Of a DNA stretch of 32,000 nt, positions 8,497-18,512 are shown piece by piece. The stretch is from NCBI RefSeq assembly GCF_003367075.2, contig NZ_CP065936.1, positions 3,725,846 to 3,757,845 of the forward strand, read 5' to 3'. Origin of the DNA: Cylindrospermopsis raciborskii Cr2010 (lineage in GTDB: Bacteria; Cyanobacteriota; Cyanobacteriia; Cyanobacteriales; Nostocaceae). The notes beneath the pieces were generated by a model. It worked only from the letters and a program-made list of their open reading frames with translations, made no database searches and had not been told where the DNA came from. The translations under genes and the position numbers were made by a program. How positions within the stretch are numbered: the first letter of the stretch is position 1; each line of letters starts with the position of its first letter.

Positions 8497-8799
8497 TCAC
8501 TTGTCTTTCTCTTCCACCTCTTCCACATCCACTATTTCTATCAAACGAGGTTCTGCGGGGGTGGTTTTATCTGAGTCTGGTGCTGTACCCCGAGACTGCT
8601 GAGCCTGTTGGATCATCTCCTCCACAAAACGGCGAGCTTCCTCCGTGGTCATCTGTCCCTTTGCTTCCATTTCCTCCGCTAATTTTTCAATTTGCGATCG
8701 CATTTGGTTGAGGGTTTCACCACCTCTTTCGCCAGCATAAGCCGCTAGACCTACACCTAGGTAAAAAGCTTTTTCTACAAGTTTTCCAAAAGCGGGCAT
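8497..8799 (-). CDS. Hypothetical small helical protein (phasin-like sequence flavour)
   Basis: The ORF is 100 aa. It has a hydrophobic N-terminal helix (KAFYLGVGLAAYAGE) followed by charged helices and an acidic tail. An AGGAG Shine-Dalgarno lies at 8816-8812. Confidence 0.55.
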   Translation of the reverse strand: MPAFGKLVEKAFYLGVGLAAYAGERGGETLNQMRSQIEKLAEEMEAKGQMTTEEARRFVEEMIQQAQQSRGTAPDSDKTTPAEPRLIEIVDVEEVEEKDK

Positions 8800-8816
8800 T
8801 GCCGTAAAGCACTCCT

Positions 8817-8922
8817 AAAAATGGGGGAACCCGGAGACTACGCCTACCACAAGCATCCCGTATTGCTGCTACCTTCCGGTCCTGACAAGGTTTAGGCGTT
8901 GAGATCGCATAGATCCAGGTCT
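8817..8922 (-). ncRNA. ffs: Signal recognition particle RNA (small bacterial 4.5S type)
   Basis: The minus strand reads ...CCUUGUCAGGACCGGAAGGUAGCAGCAAUACGG..., which is the conserved domain IV with its GGAA tetraloop. The 5' ACCUGGA pairs with the 3' UCCGGGU. The RNA ends in CCCCCAUUUUU, and its length of ~106 nt fits the family. Confidence 0.8.
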
Positions 8923-8928
8923 GAATTT

Positions 8929-8958
8929 ATAATAACACGAAATTTCTAAAATGGTCAA
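8929..8958 (-). promoter_or_regulatory. Sigma70-type promoter for the SRP RNA
   Basis: On the minus strand there is TTGACC (8958-8953), an 18-nt spacer and TATTAT (8934-8929). The predicted start at ~8922 coincides with the 5' arm of the terminal SRP helix. Confidence 0.5.
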
Positions 8959-9231
8959 CTATTCTAAAACAATTTTCCACTCGTGCAGTTGGTAATTAAC
9001 ACAACCGTTAATTACCAAAGGATCTGCGCTAACAATTGCCTGGGCTTCTTCCATAGAATCTGCCTCAAATAACATCATCCCTCCACCTTTTCTCGCCCAG
9101 TAACCAGTTTTAGCTTTATGTCCTTTGTCTATTAGTGCTTTTACGTATTCTCTATGGGCTGGCACATACTGATCAAAGGTGGCTTTATCCACTAGGCCTG
9201 CTTCTATTTTGACAAACCAAGGCATATTCAC
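8959..9231 (-). CDS. YciI family protein
   Basis: The ORF is 90 aa and has YciI-like features: HREYVKALIDKGH, GGMMLFEADSMEEAQAIVSADP, W at the C-terminus. Confidence 0.75.
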   Translation of the reverse strand: MNMPWFVKIEAGLVDKATFDQYVPAHREYVKALIDKGHKAKTGYWARKGGGMMLFEADSMEEAQAIVSADPLVINGCVNYQLHEWKIVLE

Positions 9232-9417
9232 TAAGCATTTACAACTGACTACACAATACCATGAATTGACTGTTTCCGCTGTTAATAATTCTTAACATTA
9301 GGTGGTTGCCAATTTTTTATAGAACAAATATACTAATAAGGTAGTGGAACCTTCCAGCTGTAGGGTGGGATTGGTTACCCGGTTCATTGTGTTGATCAAT
9401 TAAGTAGGAGGCAAATT

Positions 9418-10152
9418 ATGACGAACATTGATTCACTATTATCTAGTCATCAAGCATTATTAGAAGAACATGCTAAGCAGATTGGATACCAAATCGTAAA
9501 TATACGCCAGATTGTAGATAAGCGAATGAAGGAGATTCATGATGGGGAAGATCATTTACTAGAAGCCCAGTGTGTCGGGTTAAATAGGATAATTGATACT
9601 TTACGGACTGATGCTAGATGTATATTATTTACAGAGGGATTTAAAAATTTTCTAGGCAAACTTGATCACATAGAGTATAGTTGGGACGTGGATTATATAG
9701 ACATAATTAGAACGGATCCAAGTAATTGGATGTTGGCAAATTTTAAATTGCCCATAGGTTTAATGGATTACAAGGTTATAGAGTGTACGAATGCCTATGA
9801 TGATGAAGAATTTTATACCGGGTATGAGCATGTAGTGTCATTAGAGATAGACGGAGAAAAAAGTCCCTTAATATTAAATTACAGTCGCGACCGTGATCAG
9901 TATATCGAAGAATGTTCTCTGGCAGAAATCGTACAAGAATACGGAGACTGTGATTTTGAAAGGATCTTGGAAAGTATTACCGAAAAAGAGGAAGAAATTC
10001 AACAGTTAGGTCGGGAGATTGCCATACTGGTAGTCTATTCAATCAGTTTGTTTACACTAAAACCATCCGTGTCAGTGTTTGAATATAATTCATCAATTCC
10101 GGAAAAGTACTTATCCTGGTTTGCGCCTCCCAAGATATCTGATAACTGTTAA
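9418..10152 (+). CDS. Hypothetical protein, paralog A of a tandem pair (no family recognised)
   Basis: The ORF is 244 aa. A strong AGGAGG Shine-Dalgarno at 9406-9411 lies 6 nt before the ATG. It shares motifs with the next gene along its whole length. Confidence 0.7.
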   Translation: MTNIDSLLSSHQALLEEHAKQIGYQIVNIRQIVDKRMKEIHDGEDHLLEAQCVGLNRIIDTLRTDARCILFTEGFKNFLGKLDHIEYSWDVDYIDIIRTDPSNWMLANFKLPIGLMDYKVIECTNAYDDEEFYTGYEHVVSLEIDGEKSPLILNYSRDRDQYIEECSLAEIVQEYGDCDFERILESITEKEEEIQQLGREIAILVVYSISLFTLKPSVSVFEYNSSIPEKYLSWFAPPKISDNC

Positions 10153-10203
10153 GTTATAGATTTACGGTTGCCATTTTTCAACTATATCCATACAAGTAAA
10201 ACT

Positions 10204-10905
10204 ATGACTAGTATAGACAAAATACTGTTAAAATACAAAGTATTAGTCGAAACCCATGCTAATCGATTTCTTCCTCAACTTGATGCTTTATACCATTTCG
10301 TAGATGAGTCCATGAAAGAGATTCAAAATACTGAAAGAGAAATATTAGAATCACAGAATGTAGAGCTGAAGAAGATAATTGATGCTTTGCAGGTTGATCC
10401 TCGTATTTTGTTATCGACGGACGAATTTAAGCAGTTTGTAGAGATCCTAGGAATAGCCGAGTGTTGGTGGGAGTGGGAAGAATTAGAGGATCTACCTGCT
10501 ATTGACAAAGATCCTACCAATTGGTTACTGGCAAAATTACAACTGCCTTTAATTATTAGGGATTATCAAGAATTTGAGGATCCTTATGCCTATGATGACA
10601 CAAGCACATATACCTTGTATGGATATAAAATTTCCCTAAAACTAGGAAATAGAATATGTACTATGGAGGTAGAGCGTAGGCGTGTTTATGAAAACAGATG
10701 CAAAGAGTTTTCTCCGGAGAAGCAGATTGCCTACTACATCTTATCTCCCATTAGGGATCTATTAAGAAGTATGAATTACTCAGAACAAGAAATAGACCAG
10801 CTAGGGGGAGAGATGGGCATATTAGTTTTTTATGTGGCCAAGCTTTTTGAGTTAAAACCTACAGTGTCAGTATTTGAATACAATTCAATGAAAAGAATTT
10901 ATTAG
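10204..10905 (+). CDS. Hypothetical protein, paralog B of the tandem pair
   Basis: The ATG at 10204 gives MTSIDKILL, which aligns with MTNIDSLLS of paralog A; the track's TTG start at 10168 adds 12 unaligned residues. Shared motifs are VD..MKEI, IID.L, DP(S/T)NW.LA, AYDD, EI.QLG and LKP(S/T)VSVFEYNS. Confidence 0.7.
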   Translation: MTSIDKILLKYKVLVETHANRFLPQLDALYHFVDESMKEIQNTEREILESQNVELKKIIDALQVDPRILLSTDEFKQFVEILGIAECWWEWEELEDLPAIDKDPTNWLLAKLQLPLIIRDYQEFEDPYAYDDTSTYTLYGYKISLKLGNRICTMEVERRRVYENRCKEFSPEKQIAYYILSPIRDLLRSMNYSEQEIDQLGGEMGILVFYVAKLFELKPTVSVFEYNSMKRIY

Positions 10906-10916
10906 GAAATAAACAG

Positions 10917-11738
10917 ATGGAATTATATTTTAGTACTTCTGCCTATGGTGGAACATCAACCCGTCAAGTTTTGACCATGTTCTGGGAATTAGGAATCAAG
11001 GAGGTAGAACTAGCAATTGGTCCACGCTGTGATCGGGATGCAGTCAAAGCGATTACAGAATTTCAGCAAAAAGGCATGACTTATAGGGCTCATCATGCCT
11101 TTGTGTGGGGAGAAACTCACAAAAGCTTCAACCTAGCGGAACCCCAGGAATGGAGCTATTTTGAGCGCATGATGGACTGGTTAGGAGATTTAAAAGTAAC
11201 AGCGTATTCTGTTCATGGAGGAGATTTTCATAGAGGTCAAGAGAGAGAAAAAGCCTATGGGCAGTTTAAAGAAAATGTTCAAAATTTACAACAAATCTGT
11301 GAAAAGCGGGGAATTGTCCTGGGGGTAGAGACCATGTATCCCACACCTCCTAATAGTTGGAATTACTATCTGTTGGATAACAGTTGGGAATTGACCCGAT
11401 TTTGTGAGGAGCTACCTGAGATGAAAATCGTAGTTGATTTAGCACATGTTAATATTTGGCGTAATCAGAGCTTGTCAGAAAAACTAGAGTGGCTAAAACT
11501 TCCATCAGAGAGGATTTTGGAGATTCATATATCTGATAACGATGGCAAAAGAGATATACATTCACCAATTACAGACAGCACCTGGTGGGTTCCATACGCA
11601 GCACAGATTCCTAGAGCAATCCCCATCGTAATAGAGAGTAGATTAAATAGGTTTCCCCCATCAATTGTCAAAGAACAGTACTTGTACACCCACAACCTGC
11701 TCAACCACAGTCCATCAACTTCCCTCGTCTCCAGGTAA
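10917..11738 (+). CDS. Xylose-isomerase-like TIM-barrel protein (sugar phosphate isomerase/epimerase / AP-endonuclease-2 superfamily)
   Basis: The spacing of metal-ligand-type motifs is typical of the fold: AYSVHGG, VLGVETMY, VVDLAHVNIW, LEIHISDNDGKRDIH. The gene starts 11 nt after paralog B. Confidence 0.7.
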   Translation: MELYFSTSAYGGTSTRQVLTMFWELGIKEVELAIGPRCDRDAVKAITEFQQKGMTYRAHHAFVWGETHKSFNLAEPQEWSYFERMMDWLGDLKVTAYSVHGGDFHRGQEREKAYGQFKENVQNLQQICEKRGIVLGVETMYPTPPNSWNYYLLDNSWELTRFCEELPEMKIVVDLAHVNIWRNQSLSEKLEWLKLPSERILEIHISDNDGKRDIHSPITDSTWWVPYAAQIPRAIPIVIESRLNRFPPSIVKEQYLYTHNLLNHSPSTSLVSR

Positions 11739-11773
11739 ACTGGTGGAATTGATTGATAAACATTAGTAAAACC

Positions 11774-13924
11774 ATGACTGCGTTTTTATTAGAAGTTGGC
11801 ACAGAAGAACTACCAGCAAGCTTTTTGAGTAGCGCGATTACACAATGGCGATCGCGCATTCCCCAAATGCTGGAAGCTCATGGTCTCCCCATAGAAAAAG
11901 TAGCGGTTTTTGGTACCCCTCGTAGATTAGCAGTGCTGATCACCGGGTTACCATCCCAGCAACTGGATCGGGAAGAAGAAATTAAGGGACCACCTGCCCA
12001 AGCAGCATTTAAAGATGGTAAACCAACCAAAGCAGCAGAAGGGTTCGCTAAAAAGCAAGGGGTAGAATTATCTGCTTTAGAGGTTCGTTCTACAGATAAG
12101 GGGGATTTTATCTTTGTCAATAAAAAGACCCCAGGGAGACCCATAACAGAAATTTTGACCGAACTAGTTCCCCAATGGGTTTGGAGCTTAGAAGGAAAGC
12201 GGTTAATGCGCTGGGGGAGTGGGGATGGGAGGTTTTCTCGTCCTATTCGCTGGTTAGTTGCTTTATTGGATGGGGATGTTTTACCCTTAGAATTAAGAAA
12301 TGGGGAAAAAATAGTTAAGAGCGATCGCATTTCCTGGGTACATAGGGTTTTACATCGGGGAAGGGTGAGTATTTCCCATGCGACAGAATATGTGGAAACA
12401 TTGGCCAATGGTTATGTGATAGTTTGTCCAGAGGAGCGGGAGAAAATAATTGTAGAGCAGGTAAATAGAGCTGTAGAAGAGTTGGGTGGTTGTACAGAAA
12501 TCTATCCAGAGTTGTTGGCAGAAACTACCAATTTAGTAGAATATCCCACAGCGGTGGTGGGTAGATTTGAAGATGAATTTCTCCAATTACCAACAGAAGT
12601 ATCCACCACTGTCATGGTTACCCACCAGCGTTACTTCCCAGTTTTTAAAAACCGGGATGGAAGAGAACTACTACCAAACTTTGTCACCATATCCAATGGC
12701 GATCCAGCAAAATCAGATATTATTGCACTGGGTAATGAGAGAGTAATTCGAGCGCGGTTAGCAGATGGGAGATTTTTCTATGAAGCGGATTTAGCCAAGT
12801 CTCTAGAAGAGTTTTTACCCCAATTAGAAACAGTTACATTTCAAGAAGATCTAGGTTCTGTGCGAGCCAAAGTCACAAGAATCGGGAATATAGCCCAGGT
12901 GATTTGTCAACAATTGGGATTAGGAGAAACTGAAACCGAGAGAGTGCAAAGAGCTGCTCTATTGTGCAAAGCGGATTTAGTCACCCAAATGGTATATGAA
13001 TTTCCCGAATTACAAGGTATCATGGGTGAAAAATATGCCCTAGCTAGTAGAGAGGATGAGGAAGTAGCTAAAGCCATTTTTGAGCATTATCTACCCAGAA
13101 ATGCTGATGACATTTTGCCCACCACCCTCACAGGGAAAATCGTGGGCTTAGCTGATAGACTAGATACCCTAATTAGCATCTTTGGTTTAGGTTTAATTCC
13201 CTCTGGTTCCTCCGATCCCTTTGCCTTACGTCGGGCCGCCAATGCCATTGTGAATATTACCTGGGTTGCTAACCTACCAATAAATTTGGAGTATTTATTA
13301 GAGTACACAGCAACTTCCTTTGCTCACACTTTCCATAAAGATGCTCAATCTTTAATATCCATCCTGCGAGAATTTTTCATCCAACGTATTCGCACCCTAC
13401 TCCAAGAAGAAAAACACATAGATTACGATCTAGTTAACGCCGTGTTAGGAGAACAGGATCCGGAATATATAGAACGCGCACTACAGGATCTACTAGACAT
13501 TCGCGATCGCGCCACCTATCTACAACAAATCCGCCATAATGGCACCCTAGAGAGAATCTATGAAACCATCAATCGTTCCACTAGGTTAGCAGCACAGGGG
13601 GATTTAGACTTGCAACAGTTAATCCCGGATGAATTAATTAATCCCACATTGTTTCAAAAATCATCCGAGACTGCCCTTTATCAAGCCCTAGTAGCATTAG
13701 TGCCCCAGACCCAACTTGCACAACAAACGCGCAACTATCAGTTACTAATAGCCGCCCTGGAAAAAATTGCCCCCACGGTCAGCCAATTCTTTGACGGAGA
13801 AGATAGTGTGCTAGTTATGGATCCAGACCCACACATTAAACGCAATCGGTTGAATTTACTAGGTCTACTACGTAACCACGGTCGAATTTTAGCAGATTTT
13901 GGAGCCATCGTCAAAAACTTGTAG
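11774..13924 (+). CDS. glyS: Glycine--tRNA ligase beta subunit
   Basis: The protein starts [17 protein letters not shown] and contains TPRRLAV, FRPIRW-like [18 protein letters not shown] and DPFALRR. The ATG at 11774 is preferred over the track start at 11753. Confidence 0.92.
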   Translation: MTAFLLEVGTEELPASFLSSAITQWRSRIPQMLEAHGLPIEKVAVFGTPRRLAVLITGLPSQQLDREEEIKGPPAQAAFKDGKPTKAAEGFAKKQGVELSALEVRSTDKGDFIFVNKKTPGRPITEILTELVPQWVWSLEGKRLMRWGSGDGRFSRPIRWLVALLDGDVLPLELRNGEKIVKSDRISWVHRVLHRGRVSISHATEYVETLANGYVIVCPEEREKIIVEQVNRAVEELGGCTEIYPELLAETTNLVEYPTAVVGRFEDEFLQLPTEVSTTVMVTHQRYFPVFKNRDGRELLPNFVTISNGDPAKSDIIALGNERVIRARLADGRFFYEADLAKSLEEFLPQLETVTFQEDLGSVRAKVTRIGNIAQVICQQLGLGETETERVQRAALLCKADLVTQMVYEFPELQGIMGEKYALASREDEEVAKAIFEHYLPRNADDILPTTLTGKIVGLADRLDTLISIFGLGLIPSGSSDPFALRRAANAIVNITWVANLPINLEYLLEYTATSFAHTFHKDAQSLISILREFFIQRIRTLLQEEKHIDYDLVNAVLGEQDPEYIERALQDLLDIRDRATYLQQIRHNGTLERIYETINRSTRLAAQGDLDLQQLIPDELINPTLFQKSSETALYQALVALVPQTQLAQQTRNYQLLIAALEKIAPTVSQFFDGEDSVLVMDPDPHIKRNRLNLLGLLRNHGRILADFGAIVKNL

Positions 13925-14004
13925 CCAAAATTAACAAAAACCAGTGTAATTTTTGCCAATTAACGCTAAGATGGGGGAGCTTAACCAGGGATGCTGCACA
14001 GTCT

Positions 14005-15405
14005 ATGCCAAAAGCCATTGTAATGGGATTAGGAAAGTCCGGTATTGCTGCGGCGAGATTGTTGAAACAGGAAGGATGGGAGGTAGAAATTTGGGACAGT
14101 AATACCTCCCCATTTCTCCTGGAACAACAACAAAAACTTGCCCAGGAACAAATCACTGTCAAATTAGGAAATAACCCAGAATTAAAAGAGAACCAGTTAC
14201 CAAAATTAATCGTAGTTAGTCCAGGAGTTCCATGGGATATTCCTCTGCTGGTTAAAGCACGAGAAATGGGAATAGAAACCATGGGAGAAATGGAACTAGC
14301 ATGGAGACAACTACAAAATATTCCCTGGGTGGGAATTACCGGTACTAATGGTAAAACCACCACTACAGCTTTAACAGCGGCTATTTTTCAAGCAGCTGGT
14401 CTTCATGCTCCTGCTTGTGGTAACATTGGTTATGCTGTAGCGGAAGTAGCTCTAGAAGTAGCTTTAGGCGCAAAACCACCAGACTGGGTGATAGGGGAAC
14501 TCAGTAGTTACCAAATAGAATCTTCCTGGAGTCTTTTTCCTCACATAGGAATTTGGACGACTTTTACACCAGACCATTTAGCTCGTCACAAAACTCTAGA
14601 AAACTACTATGATATTAAAGCTAAACTGCTGAGAAACTCCCGCTTACAAATTATTAATGGTGACGACGCTTATTTAAGTAAAGTTGGTTTACAACATTGG
14701 CCCCATGCTTACTGGACAAGTGTCAAAGGACTAGGTCATTTAATAGGGGGAAAAGGGTTTTATATAGAAAATGGCTGGGTAACGGAAAAACTATCTGCTG
14801 ATTCTGAACCTCAACCAATAGTAGCAGTCACAGATCTAAAAATGGTGGGAGAACATAATCAGCAAAACCTACTCATGTCAGTGGGAGCAGCAAGATTAGC
14901 TGGAATAGAAATTGCTGCTATCAACCATGGAGTCCAACAATTTCCCGGGGTTCCCCACCGCTTACAACATGTTTGTACCTGGGAAGGAATTGAATTCATC
15001 AATGATAGTAAAGCGACAAACTACGATGCAGCTGAAGTAGGTTTAACATCGGTAAAAAGTCCAACAATTTTAATAGCTGGTGGTGAAGCAAAAGCAGGAG
15101 ACGACACAGGTTGGTTGAAGAGAATTCAAGAGAAAACCGCAGCGGTATTATTAATTGGTAGTGCTGCTGAAACTTTTAGTAAAAGGTTAGAAACTGTAGG
15201 GTATGGTAACTTTGAAATTGTGGAGACTATGGAAAAAGCCATTCCCAGAGCTGCACAATTGGCTAAACAGCACCAAGCCACCACGGTTTTATTATCACCA
15301 GCTTGTGCTAGTTTTGATCAGTATGCCAACTTTGAAGTTAGGGGTGAGCATTTTCAGCAATTATCGCTAGAATGGGCCAGTTCAGCAATTACTAACAACT
15401 CCTAG
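14005..15405 (+). CDS. murD: UDP-N-acetylmuramoyl-L-alanine--D-glutamate ligase
   Basis: The N-terminal Rossmann motif [13 protein letters not shown], the P-loop [14 protein letters not shown], and NDSKATN and SPACASFD are all present. Confidence 0.92.
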   Translation: MPKAIVMGLGKSGIAAARLLKQEGWEVEIWDSNTSPFLLEQQQKLAQEQITVKLGNNPELKENQLPKLIVVSPGVPWDIPLLVKAREMGIETMGEMELAWRQLQNIPWVGITGTNGKTTTTALTAAIFQAAGLHAPACGNIGYAVAEVALEVALGAKPPDWVIGELSSYQIESSWSLFPHIGIWTTFTPDHLARHKTLENYYDIKAKLLRNSRLQIINGDDAYLSKVGLQHWPHAYWTSVKGLGHLIGGKGFYIENGWVTEKLSADSEPQPIVAVTDLKMVGEHNQQNLLMSVGAARLAGIEIAAINHGVQQFPGVPHRLQHVCTWEGIEFINDSKATNYDAAEVGLTSVKSPTILIAGGEAKAGDDTGWLKRIQEKTAAVLLIGSAAETFSKRLETVGYGNFEIVETMEKAIPRAAQLAKQHQATTVLLSPACASFDQYANFEVRGEHFQQLSLEWASSAITNNS

Positions 15406-15419
15406 CTAGACGTGCTTGC

Positions 15420-16931
15420 TCATGCCAAAAACAACTTATAGGCGGGGTTTTGAGTTTCCTCCCAATAGCGGTAACCTAAGGAATCCAGAAAATCCCGCCA
15501 TTCTTGCGTTTCACCCGGTGGTACTTGCATTCCCACCAGAATGCGCCCATAATCCGCTCCATTATTGCGGTAATGAAACAAACTGATATTCCAGTCGGGG
15601 GACATGGAACCGACAAATTTCATCAGCGCTCCTGGACGTTCAGGAAATTCAAACCGATACAATAGTTCGTGGTGAGCTAGGGAAGAGTGTCCCCCCACCA
15701 TGTGACGTAGATGTAGTTTGGTCAGTTCATCATCGGTCAAATCTATGGTTTTTAAACCATGCAGTTCAAATTTCTCTACTATTTTAGCAGCATCAGCTCG
15801 ATTTTCAATCTGCACACCCACAAAAATATGAGCTTCTCGATCATCTGCAATGCGATAATTAAATTCTGTTAGGTTTCTATCACCTAAACATTCACAAAAT
15901 TGTTTAAGACTCCCTGGTTTTTCAGGAATATTCACTGCGAAAATTGCTTCCCGACGCTCTCCAAATTCAGCTCTCTCTGCAACGAACCGTAAACGGTCAA
16001 AATTCATGTTCGCACCACAAGCTACCGCCACTAAGGTTTTTCCTTGAAGCTGTTCCCTTTCTGCATAGTACTTAGCTGCTGCAATAGCTAATGCACCTGC
16101 AGGTTCCAAAATTGAACGAGTATCTTCAAAAACATCTTTAATGGCTGCACAGGTGGCATCCGTATCTACTAGCATAATTTCATCCACATATTCCTGACAC
16201 AGACGAAAAGTTTCTTCTCCCACTTCTTTTACTGCTACCCCATCAGCAAATAAACCCACTTGGGATAAGCGCACCCTATGTCCAGCCTTTAAGGATTGAT
16301 ACATAGCATCAGCATCTACGGGTTCCACACCGATAATTTTGATTTCGGGACGTAGACGTTTCACATAAGCTCCTATCCCGGAAATTAACCCACCCCCACC
16401 AATAGCTACGAAAATTGCATCTATTGGTTGTTGGTATTGACGTAGTATTTCCATACCAATAGTTCCCTGACCAGCTATGACATGAGGATCGTCAAAAGGA
16501 TGGATAAAAGTTAGTCCCTTTTCCGCTTCTAATTTACGAGCATAAGCATAAGCATCATCATAGGTATTTCCATATAAAATTACTTCTCCCCCACGGGATT
16601 TAACAGCATTTACTTTAACTAGAGGGGTTGTAACCGGCATAACAATCATTGCTCTTGCTCCTAAGCGACTAGCAGATAGAGCTACGCCTTGAGCATGATT
16701 ACCAGCGGAAGCAGCAATAACACCCTGTTTAAGTAGGTCTTGGGGTAAGTTGGCCATTTTATTATAAGCACCCCGCAGTTTAAAGGAAAAAACTGACTGC
16801 ATGTCTTCCCGCTTGAGCAGCAGTTTATTGTGAATGCGGTTTGATAAGTTGGGAGCATATTCTAGGGGTGTTTCCTGGGCTACGTCGTAGACTTTGGCTG
16901 TGAGAATTTGTACTAAGTAGTCACAATACAT
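15420..16931 (-). CDS. ilvA: Threonine ammonia-lyase, biosynthetic (two C-terminal regulatory domains)
   Basis: The PLP-lysine motif SFKLRGAYNKM and the GGGGLISG loop are present. The length of 503 aa includes a duplicated ACT-like C-terminus. Confidence 0.92.
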   Translation of the reverse strand: MYCDYLVQILTAKVYDVAQETPLEYAPNLSNRIHNKLLLKREDMQSVFSFKLRGAYNKMANLPQDLLKQGVIAASAGNHAQGVALSASRLGARAMIVMPVTTPLVKVNAVKSRGGEVILYGNTYDDAYAYARKLEAEKGLTFIHPFDDPHVIAGQGTIGMEILRQYQQPIDAIFVAIGGGGLISGIGAYVKRLRPEIKIIGVEPVDADAMYQSLKAGHRVRLSQVGLFADGVAVKEVGEETFRLCQEYVDEIMLVDTDATCAAIKDVFEDTRSILEPAGALAIAAAKYYAEREQLQGKTLVAVACGANMNFDRLRFVAERAEFGERREAIFAVNIPEKPGSLKQFCECLGDRNLTEFNYRIADDREAHIFVGVQIENRADAAKIVEKFELHGLKTIDLTDDELTKLHLRHMVGGHSSLAHHELLYRFEFPERPGALMKFVGSMSPDWNISLFHYRNNGADYGRILVGMQVPPGETQEWRDFLDSLGYRYWEETQNPAYKLFLA

Positions 16932-17016
16932 GTTGATAGATGCAAGATAGAGAGTTTCTTGGAGTTAAATCGTCAATTTTATCTTAAACCGCGACCCCGG
17001 ATTTATCGGGGGAGCG

Positions 17017-18363
17017 TCAAGCTAGGACATTTTGTGAACTTTCATCTTTCAATGTTTGGGGTATGGATGCAGATAATAAAAGCATATTACTAGTCATATA
17101 AGCTAACAAGCTAGACCATAATAAATGATTACTATGAAAATACCAAGCAGCAATTACTAGTGGTATGAAACTGACTATGAAGGACAATAATACCACATTA
17201 CGCAAAGTACCTCCTTCTCTTAAACCAATAAAATAACCTTCTAAAACAAAAGTCATACCTGTAACTACGCAAATGGGAAGTAACCAAATAGTATATTGGT
17301 TAATATCTTGATTGACTTCTGTATGATTAGTTAATAGTCCAAATATCTGATTGGGAAATAAAATAGATGTTCCCGCAAAGCTTAATGCTATGACCAAACT
17401 AGTTAGTCCAGCAACTATCAATAAAGGTATTATTTGTTGAGTGTTACCTTTAGCTTTAAAATTAGCTGTCATAGTTTGTACTGTTAGTCCCACACCGTTA
17501 ATTGTGAATTGACTTAAAAGAGCAATTTGTAACAATAAACCGTTTTGTGCTAAGACATTTGTTCCCATGATCGCACTTGAATTAGTAAATACAGAATACG
17601 CGGAAATCAATAATATATAGCGAACCAAAATATTACCTTTTAAAGCCACAACTCCTTTCAATGCTAACCAATTAAATAATTCCTTAATCGCCACTGGCAC
17701 AATTTTCCAAGGGATAGTGCAAACCATCCATATTAAACCCACGATTAGAGCTAAATACTGGCTTAGAGCCGTTGCTAGACCCGCTCCCATACTTGCCCAA
17801 CCCCATCGAGAAATCATTAAATAATCTAACAATACATTGGAACCATTACCCACAATTGACATTAATAAGACTACCCAATTCATTTCTCTGCCCAAAAACC
17901 AACCGAATAAAACAAAATTTAGTAGCACCGCAGGTGCAGCCCAAATTCGCGCAGAAAAATAATCGGCTCCAGCAGCTTTGATATCTGAAGAACCACTTAA
18001 AATAAAAAAGCCAATTTTTTGTAAAGGATATTGTAGCAAAATAATAACTAAACCCAATAATAAAGCTATTAAACCACTACGCAAACCGGCTAAAATTACC
18101 TCTTTGTTGTCATCTTTACCTACAGCTTGCGCAGTAATAGCATTGGCGCTAGAACGCATAAACTTTAATATTCGATAAAGATAATCGAACAAAATAGTTG
18201 CTAAAATTACCCCTGCTAAATGTCGAATATCTGTTAGGTGTCCTAAAAAAGCAATATCTACCAAACCAGCTAAGGGAACCATCATATTGCTAAGAATGCT
18301 GACACTGCTTAATCGGTAAAATCTGACCAAGAAGTCGTACTGAGTTGGAACTGTAAATGTCAT
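17017..18363 (-). CDS. MATE family efflux transporter (DinF-like)
   Basis: The 448-aa protein is highly hydrophobic with about 12 predicted TM segments. Its N-terminal sequence is MATE-type: ILSNMMVPLAGLVDIAFLGHL. Confidence 0.85.
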   Translation of the reverse strand: MTFTVPTQYDFLVRFYRLSSVSILSNMMVPLAGLVDIAFLGHLTDIRHLAGVILATILFDYLYRILKFMRSSANAITAQAVGKDDNKEVILAGLRSGLIALLLGLVIILLQYPLQKIGFFILSGSSDIKAAGADYFSARIWAAPAVLLNFVLFGWFLGREMNWVVLLMSIVGNGSNVLLDYLMISRWGWASMGAGLATALSQYLALIVGLIWMVCTIPWKIVPVAIKELFNWLALKGVVALKGNILVRYILLISAYSVFTNSSAIMGTNVLAQNGLLLQIALLSQFTINGVGLTVQTMTANFKAKGNTQQIIPLLIVAGLTSLVIALSFAGTSILFPNQIFGLLTNHTEVNQDINQYTIWLLPICVVTGMTFVLEGYFIGLREGGTLRNVVLLSFIVSFIPLVIAAWYFHSNHLLWSSLLAYMTSNMLLLSASIPQTLKDESSQNVLA

Positions 18364-18512
18364 GATTTTTTTTACTACATGGAACTATTATCCATATAAA
18401 AAATAGCACAAGTTTGTAAGATTGGCTGGATTTAAAGAAAGAATTTACAATTAGTATAGTAATAAGTCTCAAGAATATTAACTTAGACTAGATGTTTAAA
18501 AGCCTAGTAATT

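Noticed and set aside
10168-10203. TTG start extension of paralog B, and likewise the 11753-11773 extension of glyS
   Set aside because: The downstream ATGs (10204, 11774) give N-termini that align with paralog A (MT.ID) and with canonical GlyS (MT.FLLE.GTEELP). The extensions add unaligned residues.
11878-12408. 176-aa minus-strand ORF inside glyS
   Set aside because: It is antisense to a confidently identified gene, has no motif, and has a skewed Ser/Pro/Arg-rich composition typical of shadow ORFs.
13738-14363. Minus-strand ORFs 13738-13959 and 13911-14363
   Set aside because: They are antisense to the glyS 3' end and the murD 5' region, with no ribosome-binding site or recognisable domain. 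They are shadow ORFs.
16995-17011. CCCCG/CGGGG hairpin just downstream of the MATE stop codon as a terminator
   Set aside because: The stem is only 5 bp and the trailing U-tract is weak (UCGCGGUUUAAGAU). This is not sufficient for a feature call, and ilvA may be co-transcribed.
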